Source of the DNA: a virus
Taxonomy: Duplodnaviria > Caudoviricetes
Length of the DNA stretch: 57,251 bases
IMG/VR virus record: IMGVR_UViG_3300046468_000977
Span: 1-57,251 of that record
Reading direction: 5' to 3' (one strand)
Of this stretch, positions 24,341 to 34,817 are shown in pieces. Position numbers and translations under genes: made by a program. How positions within the stretch are numbered: the stretch's first letter is position 1; every line of letters starts with the position of its first letter. The notes beneath the pieces were generated by a model. The model searched no databases and was not told the origin of the DNA. It saw only the letters and a list, made by a program, of their open reading frames with translations.

Positions 24341-24561
24341 TAGCCCATACGCTTCTCAACATTATCAGCAAAGGAAGTGCGGCTAGGTTTGGCCGCTTTC
24401 TTTTTTGCTGCTTTCTTCTTAGCCGTTTTCTTCTTGGCTGGTTTGCTGTGTCCGTATTTCATTTTCTTTAGTTTGAGATGTTGCTCGTATGTCTTAGCTA
24501 ATACTGCCTCCCCCGTTTTGGGGTTATACATATTATGTGGTTTGAATTCTTCTTTCTTCAT
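24337..24561 (-). CDS. Small basic late protein with histone-H1-like AKKK repeats
   Basis: FKPHNMYNPKTG...KPAKKKTAKKKAAKKKAAK...SFADNVEKRMGY. Confidence 0.7.
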   Translation of the reverse strand: MKKEEFKPHNMYNPKTGEAVLAKTYEQHLKLKKMKYGHSKPAKKKTAKKKAAKKKAAKPSRTSFADNVEKRMGY

Positions 24562-27500
24562 TAGTTTATCCTGATTCGTTTGTTTGTGTAGTTTTCCCGT
24601 ATGTGCTGCTTTAAGTATTTAACTCTGGCTTTGCCTATGTCAGATTGATTGGCTCTATCAATAGCCCCCTTGTTGATGGAAGGCCGCATCATGTATCCCG
24701 CCTTATTCATCTTGAGTTGTAGTGAACCAAATCCTTTTGCCTTGGCTTGCCTCTCGATGTCTTTCTTTGGGATGCCCAATCCTATGAAGCCGTTAACTAC
24801 TTTGTAGTAGTCTGAGTTTTGCTTCTTGCCAAGGTTGACCATATCGTCATAAGCATCTGCTAGTTTCTCAAGAGGAACACTACCCTCGTCAGTAAGAAGG
24901 TTATCAATCCTCCGTTTGTTAGCAGTGTATTGGGATTTATGTTTAGACATAAACCGTTTCATCCCCTTGTCTAGGTCAAGCTGATATGGTTTGATGGGTA
25001 GAATTTCTTTAAGGAGTGGACCCCAAGCAGATCCTTCGAACATCTTATCAACTTTATCGCCGTTCATAATTCGATAAGAATCGGCAACAGCTCCGGCAGT
25101 TCTTGGCAGGAATGCATCCGAGAGGAGCGTCCCAGTTTTCTTGAACTCTCCCCATAGTCCTTCACCATCGAGGACTTGATCATTACCATACTCATCTTCA
25201 TTGACGATATATCTGTATACTGCCCCAGCAAGTATCTGGCTTTTCATGTAAGGCTTAATGAGACCTTCTTCTGGTCCGAGAAGGGAACTCATTGTCTCGT
25301 AAACCCCCTTACCTCCTATTAGATTTTCCATCGACCTAAGTATGGGGTCTTGAATAATCGCAAATGGGTTGAGGTAAGTTAAGTCCACCGTGTAAAATAT
25401 ACCATCGCTATCCTTGAATACGGAAAGGCTATTTCCTGCGGCCCAGTCTGGGAGCATCGCCCTCAAAGCAGACTCCTCATCTTCGCTATCGAACAACCCG
25501 AAGAGGAGGGAAGCAGTTCCTTTAGTTGTAGCAAGTGTTCCAGCCGTGGTTACCATCAACCCCCTTGCTCGCTTCCAACCCCGCTTTTTAATCTCTGGGT
25601 TATCGTCGTTAATCTCTTTAAAGATTCTTGCTACTCCGTTAGCGTAAACCCTTGGGACATCCGCTGCGAAACGAACATATGGTGCAGCAACTAAAGCAAG
25701 TGTAGACTTGTTGAAGTCTTTAACTAGAGGAACCGCCCTGCTGTATGACTGTGCTGTATCCTTAACTATTGCTGCCGCTTTAGATTTCATAGCGGAGGTA
25801 GGGTTACCATCAGAATCCAAGAGTTTAGCGTATTCCCCAGTGGGGTTGTTGTTATCTATCTCCGCTTGCGCTGCCCTTTTTAAGTAACCTAATTCAAACT
25901 CATACAAACCTATTTTAAAGAATCCATCAGCGGCAGATGCTAACCTACCACCTAAAGCTAGTAGTTTATCATTAACATCTTTAACGCTCTTATATGATTT
26001 AACTCCAAGAGAAGCTAACTTTAATTTGTCCTCCTCAGTTAGTTTAGATCCAACAGCTTTGAGTTTATTCAAAAGCTTAGATACTTTTTCTGAATCACGT
26101 TTAAGATCTTCAAACTTTTTAGAACCATCTAGTAACTCTTGAATTGCAGATACTTCGAGTTCGTCTCCAAAAACGTCCATGCTTTTTAACTCAAGCAGTT
26201 CGAAGTTGAACTCAGCTCGTGAACCTTTTGCTGCACGAACCATCAAGGATTCTTCAGCAAGCTTTCCACTATCCATCAGCCCTACTTTTTGTAGCACTGA
26301 TGATCCCATACCCGCAAATTCTTTAGCGAGTAAAACATTGCCACCATAATAACCTTGCATGGGTCCGAAGTAGAGAGCGTTACCAATCATGTTTCTGAAG
26401 TAGAAACCAACGGAACCTAGAGTTTTCATAGCCAAAGAATAGCCTGTTGCTTTCTTAGCAAAATTCTCTGCTGCACTTCGCACCACTGCGTGTTGATCCT
26501 TCTCATCAATGATGTCCTTTTCATCGGCGAACATTGATCTTAGGTTGCTATGAACTTCGGCAGGAACATACATCCCTTTGATTGGTGTGAGGTCTGAATC
26601 ACCTGTGTCTGCTTTTATCTCAACCCAATCAGAATACTTTTGTTGTTCAACAGGCATCTTCTGGTCAGCTTCATACTGTTGTTGAGTAACCAACCAAGGA
26701 GTATTACTCGTGGTTCCAAGCTCTTTAATTTTGTTGAAGAAAGATTGGTTAGACAATGCAGTCGCAGTGTGAATCATAGACGCACCCAAGTTAGTTATGC
26801 CTTGTTCTTCTTTATACTCACCCAACAGTTCTCTTATAGGCTCAGGTATATTCTGTTTCTCTTTTATATCTCCAATTATATTACTGAGAACCCCGCTATC
26901 AAAACCACCATCAGGCATCTCAATCTGTGGACCGGATGCTCCGTTCTTAATCTGAAGTTTTCTTCGGGTTTCTGATTTGGAGTAGCTCTTAATAAAATCC
27001 TGAACGAGTTGTCTACCCACACTCATCATCTTAGGATCTTTGTTTACAATATCATCTTCGATTTTCTGTCTAGCGTCTTGGCGATTCAAACCAGTCTTCG
27101 CCATAATCTCATCTAACCTACTGAGAGCTTCTTGTCTGGCAAAGTAAACAGCACCCTTCTCCCGCTGTTCGTGGTAAGTGTCATCTTTTAAATCAGATAT
27201 TCTACTGCTGAAGTTGTTGTCCTCAAACATACGATATCTCCTTGTGAAGTAGATACCTTTATTAAAGTGGAAAGACATTTTCAAATCATCAGGGTCCATC
27301 GTCCCTTTGAAAACATCCATTGCTTTCTTTGACAGTTGGTCTTGAATCTTCCGCATGTCTGTTACGATTGCGAATAGGTCTGGTGATTGTCTAAGTAACG
27401 CTTCGAGGGCATTGTCGCGACGAGCTATCTGCTGCTTGCGATTGTCTTCTCTCATTGCGAGTATGCTATTGCTCTTCGACTTCTCGGCGGCAGCTAAAGC

Positions 27501-30500
27501 GGCGGTCTTTTCACTTCCAGTTAAGGTCTCCGCTTTTTTAACAGCGTTTAAAAATTCTCCTTGGACTATATTTGATTGATCGTCTGTGAGTTGAGTTCCC
27601 ATATTAGAACCAGATGCGATAGCAAATAGTTTTGGGGGAAATTTGAACTCTCTCCCTAGTGCTTCAGATATTCTAGCTTCCTCTCGTTTGAGAGTATCAT
27701 CAAATTTACTTTGGAAATCTTCGACGAGTCCTTTGGTCTCTCTAATGAAAGCTTTGTTCTGGTTGAAAAACTCCACCACCCTACGGTCACCCCTACGTTT
27801 AAACAATTTGATCATTGCTTTTTTGAAACCGCCACCTTCACCAGTTGATATGTCGTAGTCATGAAGCTCCATCAGCGGAACATCAAGAAGGTCTAACCAG
27901 TTTCCAATATCTCCTTCTGGCATTTTGCCTGTTGTTCTCAGATGATCAGGTATCAAAGAATCGTCAGCGAATGTATCGTCGGGATCACCAGAAGATACTT
28001 GTTCACTAATTACAGGAACTTCTGGTAACTTATTTATATCCCCTTCTGGAACCAGTGTGTTTGAACTAATCGCTTGTGATAGTAGGATGTTAACTACTTC
28101 GTCAGGGTTGCGTGGGTTGTGCGTTATTGAACTCGGTGCTGGGGCGTAACCCATTTCCATCGCCCTGATCTCACGGATAATATTATTAACTCCGTTCTTC
28201 ATCTCAGGTGAGATGTCTTTAATTGTCTTGTGGTAAGTAAGCTTTGTTACAAGGACTTTAAAGAATTTGATGAAGGTGGGAATAAGTGTCGGGTTAGTCG
28301 ATAGAAAAGCAACTTGCTCATTAGTAGTCTCTCCTTTAAGAGCTTTACTAGCGTGACTCACCATAGATTTAGTAGCGAGTCGTGCTTTCTCGGCAGCTTG
28401 AACCGCTGGGTCAGGACTGTTCAACCTATCAAATGATTGTTCCTGTTGGTCTAGTGGTATGGTATCTTCAATGACTGCTTCGAGGTCAGCCCTAGACATA
28501 GCTCCAGCTATATCCGCTAACTGCTTATCAGTAATCATTTGGATAGCTGCCGACTGTCCAATCTGCTCGTTGAGCATACTGGCTAGGATGTGTGTTCTCC
28601 TGTTAGGGTCTATGTTTTGATCTGATACTAACTGGGAAAGTTTAATCGCCGCTAGTCTTGGGTTCAGTATAATAGAACCTGTTCGTTCATCTACCTTCGC
28701 GACTTCATCACTCAACGTATCAACAACTAGATTAAGTTCGTCGGGGACATACCCCCTAGCCCAAGAAGTGTAATCATCTGCGGCTTTCTCAAGTCTAGCT
28801 TGATCAACATTAGCACCACCACCATCTTCGACCATAGCACTAAGCTCGCTATTAGTTTGAGATACAGTATTTGTAACTTGATTCCTGAATCCTGATTCTG
28901 TTTCAGGTTCCCTTAGTCCTCGACCAGTGAGGTCTAGTGCAAGTTCCATTGCATCTTGGACATGAGTCTCGACAGCTTTGTAGTTAGCTAGTCCTGCCTT
29001 ACCTGTTAATCTACCGAAGAGTCTTACTATGGAATTAACAAATTCAGATAGTCCACCTTTGTATTCTCCTTTGGGTGGTATGTAACCGAGTAGCTTTTGT
29101 TGGAAGTCACTTGATGTGAGGATGTATGCGACGAACTCTTGAAGGTTCGATGTCGCATGCTTCATGTGCTTATCGTATTCGTTCCTAGCCTTAGCCTTGT
29201 TAATTACTAACTTGTTAAGTCTACGTAGTTTAGAGATCGCCTCATTCTGTCCTTTAGTTCTGGCTGCGGCTGGTCTCTTAATGATAGCAATAGTGAATGC
29301 GTGGACATATTCATGGACCAAGGTTTCACCAATGCCCCTACCACCCTTGCGGCTTGGGTTAATGGTTACGTTATCTCGGCCATCAATCCCGACAAAATGC
29401 CCACCTGCATATTTCTTAACACTCGAAATAATAGAGAAGTCTACTTCATTAAGGATGAAATCTTTGTCTAAGAGTAGTAGCTTCGCCACTTCTTTTAAGG
29501 GCGCATACTTCTTAGGTGACCCAGAAGCAATCTTCTCAAGAACAGCAACCACTGATTCAGGACTGTTGCCCACAAGCCCCAGTGATTCTAATTCTTTTTT
29601 ATTATCCTTTAGGTTCTTTAGTCTACTCTTGGCGTCTACAATCTCATCAGCCATGTGGAAAGACATGCTCTCAGAAAGGTTGTCAAAGAAACCTATGGCT
29701 TGATCATCGGTAAGCTCGACCCCACCAAGTAGTGATTGTATTTCTTCTTTAACTGAGGCAGCGAATTCAGGGTCTCTACGAATCCCTTTATGAATCGTGC
29801 CAAATGATAGTCCCAGCATCCTGATCGACTTACTTAAATCAGGACCAAAGTCATAATCGTTTGAGTTCTCTAAGCTATAGATAAAGAAGGCAGATTCCTG
29901 ATCAGTGTAGACTGTGCCATCAGCTAACAGTTTAGCGAAGTCTCTGAACAATTGGTCTGTGTTGTAGTTGCTGGCGATGCCATCCCCATCGGGGAAGTTA
30001 TGCTTATTAACAATCTCTACAACTTTTTCCCTTAGTTTTACATCCGTATCCAATGACGCCTTAGCATTAGCACTATGCTTAGAAATGAAATCATAGGTGT
30101 GATACTTACGGAGTTCAGGTATCGCTTGTTTAGTATTGGGATATTTCTCTGCTTTGTTATCAATCTCCGCTTCAATAGAAGCTTTGACATCCTCAGACAA
30201 ATTAGCAGATGTCCCAACGATGGATGCCATCGCCTTACGCGCGTTGTCTCTGCGAATTTTGTATCGAGATAGGAAAGAGTTCCTAGTCTCCGCTACTATC
30301 TCAGCGAGGTTGAAGGGTGTGTTGCCAACAGATTCGCCAGCTTCAATCTTCTGAGAATACTCATAGATCTTTAGTTTAAGCTTTGCCCTCAACACAACTT
30401 CGGCTGAAGAAACAAAGTCCTCAGTCATTTCGTTTTCACCTAGCTTCCTTCTATTCTGGCCCTCTATTTTTGGAATAGGCTGCTGAATCAGATTTGCTAA

Positions 30501-33500
30501 TGGCCCATCCAACTCTTGGAGTAGGGCGGGGAGTGTGACCTTGCGGAAGTTATTACCCTCTATCTTGCTTAGTGGGGCGTTAACTAAAACATCAGAGTTT
30601 AGTGTGTGGGTGGTGGTGGCAGCATCGAGTTCCGTAATTAATTTTTTAAGCGGACCCCAATCAGGCAGAAGACTTCTCACTTCATTGAACCTAACCAAGC
30701 CTGAGTAAGTTCCCCCAGCGTGGGGTATTCTTATGTCGCTTAGGAAATATTCACCACTCCCTTCCGAAGTCTCTGTAATCCTGAAAGATGGGTTAAGACC
30801 ACTGTCTTCCATCGCGTAGGCAGCATCAACAGGCACATAAAAACCATTGTGTAAAAGCGTCAGCATACTTTCGGGATCGTTATTAAATATCCCTTGCTGT
30901 TTATCATTGATGAAAACCTTTCTACCTTTGTTCTTCTCAGCGAAAGTATTGGGTAATTCAAAGTTACCTTTGCGCTCTACCCTCTTCACTGGGTATTTCT
31001 TTTTGATTTCCGTCCTTAAATTATCGGCTGCTTCTTTTAGATATGTAGCATCTGTTTTTTCTAATCGCAATCCTAGCTCTTCAAAATGCTCTTCAATAAA
31101 ACTAACAGGATATCCCTTATCGATTAGCTTACTCACAGCGAGCTTATCGCCCTCTGATAAAGTTACTCTCTTCTTGGATGGGTTTACTTCTTCGATGTAG
31201 TCTTTTTTAGCAAGTTCTCTGCGCTTGTTCGCCTCTTCAGGCTCCAACATTCTTTTACTAGCCAACCCATTCTTCAGTTCCCTTTCAAGAATCCTATACC
31301 TATCAGTATTACTATCGATGGCACGAAGATCATCAGTAGCCTTTTTAAATCTCTCTTCCATTTTGTTAATGGCGAGGAGTCTTTTCCTATACGTTTGTTC
31401 AGGGCTATTGTTCTTCTGTTCGTGCGGGTGACCTGATCCGAGGCTGGATTTGTCACGTAACTTTGCACTTACTGGTTTGCCGGACGCATCGAGTATTTCA
31501 TTGATGCTTTTGCTAGATCCAATTTCGGGATTAATTCTCGCCCCGACCACCATATCAGACTCACTTGTGAATCTTTTTTTGTTTTCTGCTTTAGTTTGAG
31601 CTAAGGCTATGCCCAACTCTCGCTCGAACTCCTTGAGTCTTTCTGATTTAAGGTTGCCAAGAGTCTTTGACATCTCCTTGGCTTCTTGATCAGACGCAGC
31701 ATCTTCCGCAGCTTCGGCTTGATCAGAAAATTCCTCTTCAATTCTAGCAGCGTTTTCCGCTTGTGCTTCAGCCGAAAGATTCTCAGGATTTATGTTCGCA
31801 ATAAATTTAGAAGCAGCTTCTTGTTCTGGTGTTACTACTGAATTTTCTTCTGAAGAAGCGGCATCAAAATCTTTAGCAAGTTTTTTAATGTCCTCGAAAC
31901 TTTTGCCAGCTAGTAATCCTTCTGTGGCTGGGGTGAAATTAGATTCACTACCAAAGTCTTTCTCGATTTGAGCGAGAGATTCGGCAGTTTGTGGTGCTAA
32001 TGCTTGGAGTTCTTTCCTCTTCTTAACTAGCTCGGGGTTTGCTGCGACCTTCGCATTGAAGTCAGTTAAAATATCAGACTCTAACTGCTGCATCGCATCC
32101 CTATCGACGGCGGCTCCTCTAGTTAAAGGGTTGTTACGAACAATACCGCCAACGACAGGCGCACCCGCACCCATTGCTGCGCCCATTAAAGCACCCATAA
32201 AGGCACCTTCTATGCGCTCACGGAAAGAAGTGTTCTGATCCGCAAAAGCATCGATGGTTATACTCTGGATAAATTCATCAAGCCCCTCTTCAAATGCTTC
32301 ACCACCTACACTTTGCAGACCCCTACTTAAAGCCCCACCCATTGATTCTCTTATCTTGGTCTTTACTGATCCTTCAATAACTTTTCTGAATGCGGCGTCA
32401 GTAGATTCCCTTCCGATAATTCTATCTGTAGCGATCTTGAGTTGTTTTAAGCTAACTCCTTTCAGGTAAGCGTTCTCAATACCACCAAAATTCAAACCCT
32501 TGTATGTTATAGAACCTAACCCCGCTGTTATTAAACCTGTGGTGGCCCCTTGAACAAGTGCGCCTTTAACAGATTGAGTGTGCGCCTCTGCTCTAACTCT
32601 ATCGGCGTCCCAACCAGAATGCCAATTCCCTTCAGAATCCTTATGCTTGTTGTTAAGGTCATCAGTAATTGTGGTGAATATACTGCTGTATGTTAAAGAC
32701 CCCGACCTCGCTGCGGCTGGTATGAAAGTAGCTGAGAATATATTTAAATTCTTGGCAACAGAACTGTTAAACATATTAACAGCCCCCATAACTTGTTCTG
32801 CTGTAGCGTCAGGACCAAGAGTTCCCGCTTTTAGTATTCTATCTACTACAGTATCACTACTTTCTTTTACTAACTCACCAGAAAGGTTTCTCGTCACTTT
32901 CTGTTTGAGAGCGTTGGTAAATGTAGCATTCAGAAACGTCTTAGCTACAGTAGATTTGGTTATGCCGTTGGTGGTTAACTGTTTAACAGTCCCAGCCGTA
33001 GCCGTTGAACCAACTAAACTTTTGGCAGCTTTCTTCGCAGCGGTCTTAGCAGCAAAGTATGTCCCCGCACCCACTGCCGTTGCACCCCCAGTTGCTGGTG
33101 TGAGTAGGCCAGCGCCTATAGTTATTAATCCATCAACAATCATTGGAGCTGCTTGTTCTCCTAAGTCTTGCATGAATCCCATCTCCACTCCGAAGATTCC
33201 TGCCATAGCCCTGTTATGAGCTATTTCCTTCGCGTTGTTTACGAGTCCATCTTGCCCCCACTCAGCACCGAACATAGCTCCAGCACCATACATAAGTGTA
33301 GTAAAACTATGCTTAACACTAGTAGCTAATCCCTCAGTCCTGAAGTTGGGGTCATAATCTTCTACAAATTTTTCCACTATCTGGTTGTTGGAAAGATTAT
33401 TCCACTTCCCTTCCATCAGTGCTTTCTGCCATTCGTCTTTATATTCATCATCGTTACTAAGAGTATCATCAACACTTAGAAAGTTGGACTCATTCAAGCT

Positions 33501-34790
33501 TTCCCTTTTAACATTCTGTAATTTGATTTCTTCTTCAGACAAACCAGCTTCGACTAAAGCCCTATTAAATTCTTCAGGTTTGAAATTTAATTCTTGTGAA
33601 ATAATAACGCCATTAAATTCTGTCTTAACCACGTTCTCCGATAATTCATCTTCATCATATAGAAGAGTTGCCCCTCTACCTTGACTATCCTCAAAAGACA
33701 TCGCCTTTACTGTGTCGCGAACAGCGGAAGAAACCACATCACGGTCATGTCCAGTCTTACCTACTAAGTATTCAATTAAGTCTTCTTGAGTTTTGTCTAT
33801 GTTTTCCTCATGGGACTCCATGAGTTCTTCAAACTCCTGTTGTTCTTTTACTTGGTCAAACTCTTCGTCATCAAATGAAAGCCAGTTCCACCCTTTCTTT
33901 ATGGTTTGGCCAAGATCTCCCAAAGCATCTCCAACATTATCGATGGCAGTGTCCATCGCATCCCAAGATCTTTTCTTACCAAAGTCTCTCCGTAACGCTT
34001 CAAATCTAGCCGCGACAGATTCATCATATAAACCCCCATCTTCGTCTATAAGACTTTGAAGGATTCCAGAAGCTTTGATGCGTTCATCGACTTCATACTG
34101 CATCAAGTTGTAGTCAGCAGATTCAGGACTGTAACCCGACCGCACCGTCCCCTTAACTCTCTTCCTGAAATTATTTAAGTTAATTAAATCTTCAGCCCTT
34201 ACCCCATACTGTTTACTTTCAAGGATTACATCTTCCGCTGTTTTCCCATCTGGGATTCTACCCCCTAAAAATACTTTATTACCCTTAGCGTTTACGTATG
34301 CCGCCGCATTGATTGTCCCTTTCTCGTAAAGAGAGTTGAGAGTTTCTTCTTTCTTTTGACGAACACTTTCAACTACTGAGTCAGGGTCTAACCCATCTGG
34401 GAATTCTGTTTCCTGCTCAACACTAGCTAAGTAGTCAGATATATTATTGCTCTCTTCTAAGCTAAATCCTGTGTTGGCTTCGCCGAACTCTTCGACAAAT
34501 TTAATGTCGTCTTCAAAAGTAGAAGATCTGAACGAGTTAAGTTCATCAACAGCCTGTTGTTGATTCTCTTGTGTTACAATCCCCTTTTGTTGTAGGGTGT
34601 CGAGGAGTGCTGAATCGAGGGATTCTCCTACCTCCTTATTAAACTGTCCCGCTTTTAGATACTCGTCTTTTACATCGTCGATATAACGACTGTAACTTTC
34701 AAGTGGGTTTTCATAGGTGTTGCGGCTAGACCACTCTGAATATGGGGTCTCTTTAATTGTGGGCGTGTTCGTGTCGCTTTGGTCTGTCAT
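24561..34790 (-). CDS. Giant internal virion / DNA-ejection protein, polyvalent type (3409 aa) with zincin-like domain
   Basis: Gly/Ala-rich hydrophobic segments in the N-terminal third; LVHEYVHA with downstream EFVA; C-terminal LPDWA...DLTYLNPF region resembling LPD38; last of three consecutive internal-protein-type genes. Confidence 0.75.
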   Translation of the reverse strand: MTDQSDTNTPTIKETPYSEWSSRNTYENPLESYSRYIDDVKDEYLKAGQFNKEVGESLDSALLDTLQQKGIVTQENQQQAVDELNSFRSSTFEDDIKFVEEFGEANTGFSLEESNNISDYLASVEQETEFPDGLDPDSVVESVRQKKEETLNSLYEKGTINAAAYVNAKGNKVFLGGRIPDGKTAEDVILESKQYGVRAEDLINLNNFRKRVKGTVRSGYSPESADYNLMQYEVDERIKASGILQSLIDEDGGLYDESVAARFEALRRDFGKKRSWDAMDTAIDNVGDALGDLGQTIKKGWNWLSFDDEEFDQVKEQQEFEELMESHEENIDKTQEDLIEYLVGKTGHDRDVVSSAVRDTVKAMSFEDSQGRGATLLYDEDELSENVVKTEFNGVIISQELNFKPEEFNRALVEAGLSEEEIKLQNVKRESLNESNFLSVDDTLSNDDEYKDEWQKALMEGKWNNLSNNQIVEKFVEDYDPNFRTEGLATSVKHSFTTLMYGAGAMFGAEWGQDGLVNNAKEIAHNRAMAGIFGVEMGFMQDLGEQAAPMIVDGLITIGAGLLTPATGGATAVGAGTYFAAKTAAKKAAKSLVGSTATAGTVKQLTTNGITKSTVAKTFLNATFTNALKQKVTRNLSGELVKESSDTVVDRILKAGTLGPDATAEQVMGAVNMFNSSVAKNLNIFSATFIPAAARSGSLTYSSIFTTITDDLNNKHKDSEGNWHSGWDADRVRAEAHTQSVKGALVQGATTGLITAGLGSITYKGLNFGGIENAYLKGVSLKQLKIATDRIIGRESTDAAFRKVIEGSVKTKIRESMGGALSRGLQSVGGEAFEEGLDEFIQSITIDAFADQNTSFRERIEGAFMGALMGAAMGAGAPVVGGIVRNNPLTRGAAVDRDAMQQLESDILTDFNAKVAANPELVKKRKELQALAPQTAESLAQIEKDFGSESNFTPATEGLLAGKSFEDIKKLAKDFDAASSEENSVVTPEQEAASKFIANINPENLSAEAQAENAARIEEEFSDQAEAAEDAASDQEAKEMSKTLGNLKSERLKEFERELGIALAQTKAENKKRFTSESDMVVGARINPEIGSSKSINEILDASGKPVSAKLRDKSSLGSGHPHEQKNNSPEQTYRKRLLAINKMEERFKKATDDLRAIDSNTDRYRILERELKNGLASKRMLEPEEANKRRELAKKDYIEEVNPSKKRVTLSEGDKLAVSKLIDKGYPVSFIEEHFEELGLRLEKTDATYLKEAADNLRTEIKKKYPVKRVERKGNFELPNTFAEKNKGRKVFINDKQQGIFNNDPESMLTLLHNGFYVPVDAAYAMEDSGLNPSFRITETSEGSGEYFLSDIRIPHAGGTYSGLVRFNEVRSLLPDWGPLKKLITELDAATTTHTLNSDVLVNAPLSKIEGNNFRKVTLPALLQELDGPLANLIQQPIPKIEGQNRRKLGENEMTEDFVSSAEVVLRAKLKLKIYEYSQKIEAGESVGNTPFNLAEIVAETRNSFLSRYKIRRDNARKAMASIVGTSANLSEDVKASIEAEIDNKAEKYPNTKQAIPELRKYHTYDFISKHSANAKASLDTDVKLREKVVEIVNKHNFPDGDGIASNYNTDQLFRDFAKLLADGTVYTDQESAFFIYSLENSNDYDFGPDLSKSIRMLGLSFGTIHKGIRRDPEFAASVKEEIQSLLGGVELTDDQAIGFFDNLSESMSFHMADEIVDAKSRLKNLKDNKKELESLGLVGNSPESVVAVLEKIASGSPKKYAPLKEVAKLLLLDKDFILNEVDFSIISSVKKYAGGHFVGIDGRDNVTINPSRKGGRGIGETLVHEYVHAFTIAIIKRPAAARTKGQNEAISKLRRLNKLVINKAKARNEYDKHMKHATSNLQEFVAYILTSSDFQQKLLGYIPPKGEYKGGLSEFVNSIVRLFGRLTGKAGLANYKAVETHVQDAMELALDLTGRGLREPETESGFRNQVTNTVSQTNSELSAMVEDGGGANVDQARLEKAADDYTSWARGYVPDELNLVVDTLSDEVAKVDERTGSIILNPRLAAIKLSQLVSDQNIDPNRRTHILASMLNEQIGQSAAIQMITDKQLADIAGAMSRADLEAVIEDTIPLDQQEQSFDRLNSPDPAVQAAEKARLATKSMVSHASKALKGETTNEQVAFLSTNPTLIPTFIKFFKVLVTKLTYHKTIKDISPEMKNGVNNIIREIRAMEMGYAPAPSSITHNPRNPDEVVNILLSQAISSNTLVPEGDINKLPEVPVISEQVSSGDPDDTFADDSLIPDHLRTTGKMPEGDIGNWLDLLDVPLMELHDYDISTGEGGGFKKAMIKLFKRRGDRRVVEFFNQNKAFIRETKGLVEDFQSKFDDTLKREEARISEALGREFKFPPKLFAIASGSNMGTQLTDDQSNIVQGEFLNAVKKAETLTGSEKTAALAAAEKSKSNSILAMREDNRKQQIARRDNALEALLRQSPDLFAIVTDMRKIQDQLSKKAMDVFKGTMDPDDLKMSFHFNKGIYFTRRYRMFEDNNFSSRISDLKDDTYHEQREKGAVYFARQEALSRLDEIMAKTGLNRQDARQKIEDDIVNKDPKMMSVGRQLVQDFIKSYSKSETRRKLQIKNGASGPQIEMPDGGFDSGVLSNIIGDIKEKQNIPEPIRELLGEYKEEQGITNLGASMIHTATALSNQSFFNKIKELGTTSNTPWLVTQQQYEADQKMPVEQQKYSDWVEIKADTGDSDLTPIKGMYVPAEVHSNLRSMFADEKDIIDEKDQHAVVRSAAENFAKKATGYSLAMKTLGSVGFYFRNMIGNALYFGPMQGYYGGNVLLAKEFAGMGSSVLQKVGLMDSGKLAEESLMVRAAKGSRAEFNFELLELKSMDVFGDELEVSAIQELLDGSKKFEDLKRDSEKVSKLLNKLKAVGSKLTEEDKLKLASLGVKSYKSVKDVNDKLLALGGRLASAADGFFKIGLYEFELGYLKRAAQAEIDNNNPTGEYAKLLDSDGNPTSAMKSKAAAIVKDTAQSYSRAVPLVKDFNKSTLALVAAPYVRFAADVPRVYANGVARIFKEINDDNPEIKKRGWKRARGLMVTTAGTLATTKGTASLLFGLFDSEDEESALRAMLPDWAAGNSLSVFKDSDGIFYTVDLTYLNPFAIIQDPILRSMENLIGGKGVYETMSSLLGPEEGLIKPYMKSQILAGAVYRYIVNEDEYGNDQVLDGEGLWGEFKKTGTLLSDAFLPRTAGAVADSYRIMNGDKVDKMFEGSAWGPLLKEILPIKPYQLDLDKGMKRFMSKHKSQYTANKRRIDNLLTDEGSVPLEKLADAYDDMVNLGKKQNSDYYKVVNGFIGLGIPKKDIERQAKAKGFGSLQLKMNKAGYMMRPSINKGAIDRANQSDIGKARVKYLKQHIRENYTNKRIRIN

Positions 34791-34817
34791 AGCAGAAGCA
34801 GTATGTTTTTTTTTGTT

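Noticed and set aside
24561-34790. N4-like or crAss-like virion RNA polymerase
   Set aside because: Size fits, but I found neither single-subunit polymerase motifs nor a DxDxD-type catalytic motif; a profile search is needed to exclude it fully.
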